Shown here piece by piece: positions 34,893 through 39,860 of a stretch of DNA of 39,860 nucleotides; position 1 is the first letter of the stretch; each line of letters opens with the position of its first letter. The notes under the pieces are model-generated. The model saw nothing but the letters and a program-made list of their open reading frames with translations. It did not search any database and was not told the origin of the DNA. Origin of the DNA: a virus (taxonomy: Duplodnaviria > Caudoviricetes); the IMG/VR virus record IMGVR_UViG_3300033407_000053, positions 1 to 39,860 of that record. One strand, given 5' to 3'. The position numbers were made by a program, and so were the translations under genes.

Positions 34893-36118
34893 CCACGCTG
34901 CAGATCGACACCCCTAGAGTCTTTCTGCCAGCACTCAGCCCGGCAAGGTACAAAGGACTGCATGGGGGTCGTGGCTCCGGCAAATCACACTTCTTTGCAG
35001 AAACGCTGATCGAGCGATGCCTGCTCAACCCGGGCACGCGATGGGCCTGCATCCGCGAGGTGCAGAAGTCGCTCGAGCAGTCGGTCAAGCGCCTGCTGGA
35101 AGACAAGATCGAGGCGCTAGGCGTCGCCGATCAATTCAGCATCCAGAAGTTCGAGATCGGCACGCCGGGTGGTGGGCTGATGATCTTTCAGGGCCTGCAG
35201 AACCACACCGCAGATTCCATCAAGTCGCTGGAAGGCTTCGACGGTGCGTGGGTGGAAGAGGCGCAGAGCCTGTCGCAGCGCTCGCTCGACCTGCTGCGCC
35301 CGACGATCCGCAAGGAAGGCTCCGAACTGTGGTTCTCGTGGAACCCGAGCCAGGATACCGACCCGGTGGACGTGCTGCTGCGAGGCGAGTCTCCGCCGCC
35401 CGATGCGATCGTGGTGCAGGCGAACTATGCCGACAACCCGTGGCTGCCGCAGGTGCTGCGCGACGAGCTGGAGTATGACCAGCGGCGCGACCCGGACAAG
35501 TTCGCGCACGTGTGGCTCGGTCAGTACCAGCGCAACAGCGAGGCACGCGTGTTCCGTAATTGGCGCGTCGAGGAATTCGACGTGCATCCGGAGGCGCTCA
35601 TCCGCCAGGGCGCGGATTGGGGCTTCTCGGTCGATCCTTCCGTGCTGGTGCAGAGCTACATCATCGGCAAGACGATGTACCTCCCGCACGAGGCGTACAT
35701 GATCGGCTGCGAAATCGACAGCTTGCCGGATCTGTTCCGCTCGGTGCCAGACGCCGAAAAGTGGTGGATCACCGCCGACTCGGCGCGTCCCGAGACGATC
35801 AGCTACATGCAAAAGCACGGCTTCCCGAAGATGGCGCCCGCGATCAAGGGCGCGCGCAGCGTCGAGGAAGGCGTCGAGTTCTTGAAGAGCTACGACATCG
35901 TCGTGCATCCGCGCTGCAAGCACGTGATCGACGAGCTCACGCTGTACAGCTACGAAACCGACCCATTGACGGGGCAAGTGCTCCCCAAGCTCAAAGACAA
36001 GGACAACCACGTGATTGACGCATTGCGATACGCGAACGAGGGCGCGCGCCGGGCCGTGAAGCCTGCGACCGTCAAGCGTACCGTGGTCAATCGAGGCGCC
36101 ACGGGCTGGATGGCATGA
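34889..36118 (+). CDS. terL: Terminase large subunit, PBSX family
   Basis: GGRGSGKS Walker A, WVEEA Walker B, WNP, GADWG and NHVIDALRYA motifs. Confidence 0.95.
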   Translation: MTTLQIDTPRVFLPALSPARYKGLHGGRGSGKSHFFAETLIERCLLNPGTRWACIREVQKSLEQSVKRLLEDKIEALGVADQFSIQKFEIGTPGGGLMIFQGLQNHTADSIKSLEGFDGAWVEEAQSLSQRSLDLLRPTIRKEGSELWFSWNPSQDTDPVDVLLRGESPPPDAIVVQANYADNPWLPQVLRDELEYDQRRDPDKFAHVWLGQYQRNSEARVFRNWRVEEFDVHPEALIRQGADWGFSVDPSVLVQSYIIGKTMYLPHEAYMIGCEIDSLPDLFRSVPDAEKWWITADSARPETISYMQKHGFPKMAPAIKGARSVEEGVEFLKSYDIVVHPRCKHVIDELTLYSYETDPLTGQVLPKLKDKDNHVIDALRYANEGARRAVKPATVKRTVVNRGATGWMA

Positions 36119-38343
36119 CGGACAAGACCGACAAGATCATCGCCACCGCCCTGGAGCGTTTCAAGCGCTGCGAGGACGCCGAGAGCGAGATCCGCAACCA
36201 AGCGCTGGAGGAACTGAAATTCAGCCTCGGCGAGCAGTGGCCGGAAGAGATTCGCCGCGCCCGCGAGACCGACCCGAACGGCGCACGCCCGTGCCTGACT
36301 GTCGATAAGCTCGACCAGTACATCAGGCAGGTCGTGAACGACGCCCGGCAGAACAAGCCCGCGATCAAGCCGCGCCCGAAGGACGACGGCGCCGACGTGG
36401 AAACGGCCGAGGTGCTGCAGGGCCTGTGTCGGCAGATCGAGGACCACTCGAACGCCGACGTGGCCTACGACATCGCCGTCGAGATGGCGGCCCGCGCAGG
36501 ATTCGGCTTCATTCGCGTCGTCACCGACTACGCCGACGACGAGGGCTTCGAGCAGGACTTGTTCATCCGCGCGGTGAAAAACCCGTTCTCCTGCCACCTC
36601 GATCCGGACCACAACAACCCGGACGGCTCGGACGCGCAGTACGGCTTCGCCTTCGACGACATGCCGCGCGAGCAATTCGATCGCGAGTATCCGGACGCCG
36701 ATCCGTGCGACTTCGACACCGCGGCCCCAGAGCAGGCCGGTTGGTTGCGGGAAAATCTGGTGCGCGTGGCCGAGTATTTCGAATGCGTCTATGAGGACAA
36801 GACCGTCTATCAGGGCGAGGACGGCAAGCCATCCGAGCGGGAGATCCCGAAGGCGCTCAAGCGCATGGTGCGGCGCAAAAAGATCGTGTGGCGCAAAATC
36901 ACCGCGAAAGAGGTGCTAGAGGAGCGCGAATGGCTCGGCAAGTACATCCCGATCGTGCCGGTGTATGGGCACCTCATCGACGTGGCTGGCGAGAAGCGCA
37001 TCAGCAGCATGCACCGACCGGCGATGGACGCCATGCGGCTCTACAACTACGCCGCCTCCGCGTTCGCCGAGCGGGTCGCACTGACGCCGAAAGCGCCCTA
37101 CATCGCGACCGCCGGGCAGATCGAAGGCTATGAGGACCAATGGGCGGCGGCGAACACGTCGAACGCTGCCGTCCTGCCGTACAACCCGGACCCGCAAGCG
37201 CCCCCGCCGCAGCGACAGCAGGCCGCCGACGTGCCGACCGGCTGGATGCAGGTCATGCAGAACATGGAGCACGACATCCAGTCGGCGCTCGGCATGTACA
37301 ACGCGAGCTTGGGCGCGCCGGGTAATGAGAAGAGCGGCAAAGCCATTCGGGAGCGCAAGCTCGAGGCCGACAACGCGACTTTCCATATCACCGACAACCT
37401 CAGCCGGGCGATCCGCCACGTCGGGCGCATCCTGATCGACCTCATTCCCAAGATTTACGACACCGCGCGCGTGGTGCGGATTATCGGTGAAGACGGTAGC
37501 GAGGACTTCGCCCGCATCGACCCCGAGCAGGAAGAGTCCCGGCGCGAGATTCGCGACCTGCAGGGCAAGGTGATCGAGCGCATCTACAACCCCGGGGTGG
37601 GCAAGTACGACGTGACCGTGACGGTCGGCCCGGCCTACGGCACGAAGCGCCAGGAAGCCGCGGAGTTCATCACGCAGATCGTGCAGTCCAGCCCGGACAT
37701 GATGCCGATCATCGGTGATCTGATGTTCAAGAGCCTGGATATGCCGTTCGCGCAGGACATCGCCGAGCGACTGAAAAAGATGATGCCGCCGCAACTCCAG
37801 GACCAAGAGGACGAAGGCGCGCCGCAGATCCCGCCGCAGGTGCAGATGCAGATGCAGCAAATGAGCGAGGCGTTCGGTCAGACGCAGCAGATCGCCGAGC
37901 AACTGCAGCAGGAACTGGCACAGGCGCAGCAGCAGCTGAAGGACAAGGCCGGGGAGCGCGAGATCAAGGCGGCCGAGTTGCAGATCAAAGCCGCCGAGAT
38001 GCAAACCAAGTCCCGCGAGGTGGCGATCAAGGAGGGCGAACTGCAGCTCAAGGCGATCGAACTAAAGAAGCCGAAGGACGAGCCAGGCGCCGAGCCGCAA
38101 ACGCTCGCTGCGATCGAACAGCTTGCGGCATCGCTCGATCAGGCCATGCAGCAGCACGAACAGCACATGCAGATGATGGCCGAGGCCATGGCCGGGCTGT
38201 CGCAGCGCATCAACCAACCCAAAACGATCAGCCTCATGAGCCCGAGCGGGCGCCAGTACGTCGCCACGTCGGACGGAGAATCTGTGCAGGTTCAATCGCC
38301 GAGCGGCGTGTATAGCGGCTCGATACAGCAGGAGCACGTGTAA
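36115..38343 (+). CDS. Portal protein, P22-like
   Basis: 742 aa; GEQW..RPCLT, YIPIVPVYG, SGKAI, GKYDVTVTVGPAYGTKRQE motifs; C-terminal coiled coil. Confidence 0.92.
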   Translation: MTDKTDKIIATALERFKRCEDAESEIRNQALEELKFSLGEQWPEEIRRARETDPNGARPCLTVDKLDQYIRQVVNDARQNKPAIKPRPKDDGADVETAEVLQGLCRQIEDHSNADVAYDIAVEMAARAGFGFIRVVTDYADDEGFEQDLFIRAVKNPFSCHLDPDHNNPDGSDAQYGFAFDDMPREQFDREYPDADPCDFDTAAPEQAGWLRENLVRVAEYFECVYEDKTVYQGEDGKPSEREIPKALKRMVRRKKIVWRKITAKEVLEEREWLGKYIPIVPVYGHLIDVAGEKRISSMHRPAMDAMRLYNYAASAFAERVALTPKAPYIATAGQIEGYEDQWAAANTSNAAVLPYNPDPQAPPPQRQQAADVPTGWMQVMQNMEHDIQSALGMYNASLGAPGNEKSGKAIRERKLEADNATFHITDNLSRAIRHVGRILIDLIPKIYDTARVVRIIGEDGSEDFARIDPEQEESRREIRDLQGKVIERIYNPGVGKYDVTVTVGPAYGTKRQEAAEFITQIVQSSPDMMPIIGDLMFKSLDMPFAQDIAERLKKMMPPQLQDQEDEGAPQIPPQVQMQMQQMSEAFGQTQQIAEQLQQELAQAQQQLKDKAGEREIKAAELQIKAAEMQTKSREVAIKEGELQLKAIELKKPKDEPGAEPQTLAAIEQLAASLDQAMQQHEQHMQMMAEAMAGLSQRINQPKTISLMSPSGRQYVATSDGESVQVQSPSGVYSGSIQQEHV

Positions 38344-38724
38344 ATGGCAGTCACCTATAGCACCGCAATGAAAACCCTGCGCATGCAGGCCGTCGCCGAT
38401 GGCATCGACGCCGGAGTCGGCGCCGGGACGCTGGAGATCGGAACTGCCGGCATGGCGGCCGTCCTTGCCGTGTTCCAACTCGTCGAGCCCGTCGGCACCG
38501 TTTCAGGCGCCGTCCTCACGCTGGACTTCGATCCGGACATCAGCGACACGAGCGCAGACGGCACCGGCACCGCCGCGGCGGCGCAGATCAAGGACGGCTC
38601 GGGCGTTGCGGTCATTACCGGGCTCACGGTCGGCACCTCGGGCACCGACATCATTCTCGACTCGACATCGATCACTGCCGGGCAGGCGGTCACGATCACC
38701 GCCGGCACGCTGACACACGCATGA
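38344..38724 (+). CDS. Putative virion structural protein (beta-rich)
   Basis: Gly/Thr/Ala-rich; TSITAGQAVTITAGTLTH C-terminus; after the portal. Confidence 0.65.
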   Translation: MAVTYSTAMKTLRMQAVADGIDAGVGAGTLEIGTAGMAAVLAVFQLVEPVGTVSGAVLTLDFDPDISDTSADGTGTAAAAQIKDGSGVAVITGLTVGTSGTDIILDSTSITAGQAVTITAGTLTHA

Positions 38725-39152
38725 CGCCCGCCGAAATCCGCGCGGCGATCGCCGCCGACCCAGCGCTACAGGCGCTCGTGCCCGATACCGTCGCACTCGC
38801 CGCGGCGATGTCGGTCGGGCGCACGAAGCTCGGCACGGTTACGCGCTCCGATTTTGCCGGATGGGCTGCAGCGAGTGGCCTGCGCAGCAAAATCGAGGAC
38901 CTTTCCGTTACTGCCGGGCACCCTCTGCGCGATTCGTCGCTGGCGATCCTGGATGTCCTTAAAGGCGCGTCGGACGGGATCAATCTGTCCCGTCCGGGCA
39001 ACGCTGCGATGCTCGACGCATGGGTAGATACGGGCAATCTCGCAGTAGCGGATCGTGATGCGCTGATCGCGCTCGCCACCACGGATGACCCGGTGCCCGA
39101 ATACGACGTGCGCGTCGCAATCTACAACGCCGACGGGAGCCTCGCAGTATGA
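38721..39152 (+). CDS. Hypothetical protein (head-accessory cluster)
   Basis: ATGA overlaps. Confidence 0.65.
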   Translation: MTPAEIRAAIAADPALQALVPDTVALAAAMSVGRTKLGTVTRSDFAGWAAASGLRSKIEDLSVTAGHPLRDSSLAILDVLKGASDGINLSRPGNAAMLDAWVDTGNLAVADRDALIALATTDDPVPEYDVRVAIYNADGSLAV

Positions 39153-39559
39153 CGACCACAACCCTCACAAAAACGCCCCGCACGCTAATTGCGGCAGCCA
39201 CCAGCAACGCGGCCGGCGCGACGACCGAGGGTACGCCGGTCGATATGCGCACCAAGCATGGCGGCATTCTGACCGCCAAGCTCGCCAACGGCGCCACCGG
39301 CCCATCCGTGCAGGCGACGATCCAGGTGCTCATTGCACACAACTCCGGGGCGACGCCAGCAGGCGCAGCCGAGGGCGCGGACTGGAAGTTGATCTATGAG
39401 ATCGGCGGCGGGGTGGTTGCGAACGATGTCACGCGGATTCGTGGTCTGGCGATTCCAGCCGGGGCGATGCACGTGCACGGTCGCGTCACTGGCAACACCG
39501 GACAGGCTGTGACGTGCGAGATGTTCTTGAGCGAGATCACTGACGCACTGAGCGTGTAA
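39149..39559 (+). CDS. Putative structural protein (jelly-roll-like, head-accessory cluster)
   Basis: Beta-rich 136 aa; ATGA and TAATG overlaps. Confidence 0.6.
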   Translation: MTTTTLTKTPRTLIAAATSNAAGATTEGTPVDMRTKHGGILTAKLANGATGPSVQATIQVLIAHNSGATPAGAAEGADWKLIYEIGGGVVANDVTRIRGLAIPAGAMHVHGRVTGNTGQAVTCEMFLSEITDALSV

Positions 39560-39860
39560 TGTCCCGCCTGATCCTTCCGAGTCGGTTTCTCGATCAGCCG
39601 CAGCAGCCCGTCGAGCTGGTTACGGCGTTTTCGGGCGGCGCTTTTTTTCTGCCGCCGATACATCGGCTTACTGCGGGCGTCGGCGTTGCGCCGTCACGCG
39701 TTGTCACGCAGCACGGCGCCGCCGCAGCGTTCGCGCTGGGGACGCTAACCACGCAGGATATCCCGTTCAATCCAAACGGACTGTCCGGAATCACGCTGAT
39801 CGCAGTGGCGAGATTTGGCGCTTTCGACGGGACCAACCTGCAAGGCCTGCTAACGAACCG
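39559..39860 (+). CDS. 5' part of the LamG-like/repeat gene (continues across the origin to 1502)
   Basis: ATG in a TAATG overlap; MSRLILPSRFLDQPQQP... is in frame with ORF 81..1502. Confidence 0.75.
   Translation, partial: MSRLILPSRFLDQPQQPVELVTAFSGGAFFLPPIHRLTAGVGVAPSRVVTQHGAAAAFALGTLTTQDIPFNPNGLSGITLIAVARFGAFDGTNLQGLLTN
39578..39860 (+). repeat. Terminal redundancy, right copy (matches 1-283)
   Basis: Direct comparison of the two window ends. Confidence 0.95.

Larger units (their letters stand above)
1..39860. mobile_element. Complete temperate P22-like (podovirus) phage genome, circularly permuted
   Basis: Packaging, head, tail, ejection, lysis, integration, immunity and replication modules are all present. 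No host genes are recognisable, the ends overlap, and attP looks intact. Confidence 0.93.

Overview
The window is an apparently complete, circularly permuted temperate phage genome with a unit length of about 39,577 bp: positions 39578-39860 repeat 1-283, and the last 127 bp match exactly. The virion module is P22-like (podovirus): terminase, portal, scaffold, coat, gp4/gp10-like tail proteins, three ejection proteins and a tailspike. It is followed by a holin/GH19 endolysin/Rz-Rz1 lysis cassette. The early region is lambdoid, with a tyrosine integrase, xis/AlpA-like gene, Sak4/SSB/Gp157 recombination genes, a cI-cro switch with ATCG-N6-CGAT operators, initiator, helicase, primase, NinG and a Q-like gene. 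The most unusual feature lies between the integrase start codon and a tRNA-derived attP core: what looks like a two-cassette integron array. It has one intact 59-bp attC site, two degenerate flanking sites and complementary core/inverse-core pairs for each cassette. The cassette ORFs are antisense to attC polarity but co-directional with the phage leftward operon, and no integron integrase is encoded. Other points of interest are an attP that separates xis from int, a GT-A glycosyltransferase and an Ntn/HslV-like protein inside the morphogenesis operon, a LamG-like plus repeat gene cluster between portal and scaffold, two tandem paralog pairs, small morons and a structured non-coding leader. 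All family calls come from motif recognition and synteny by eye; no searches were run.
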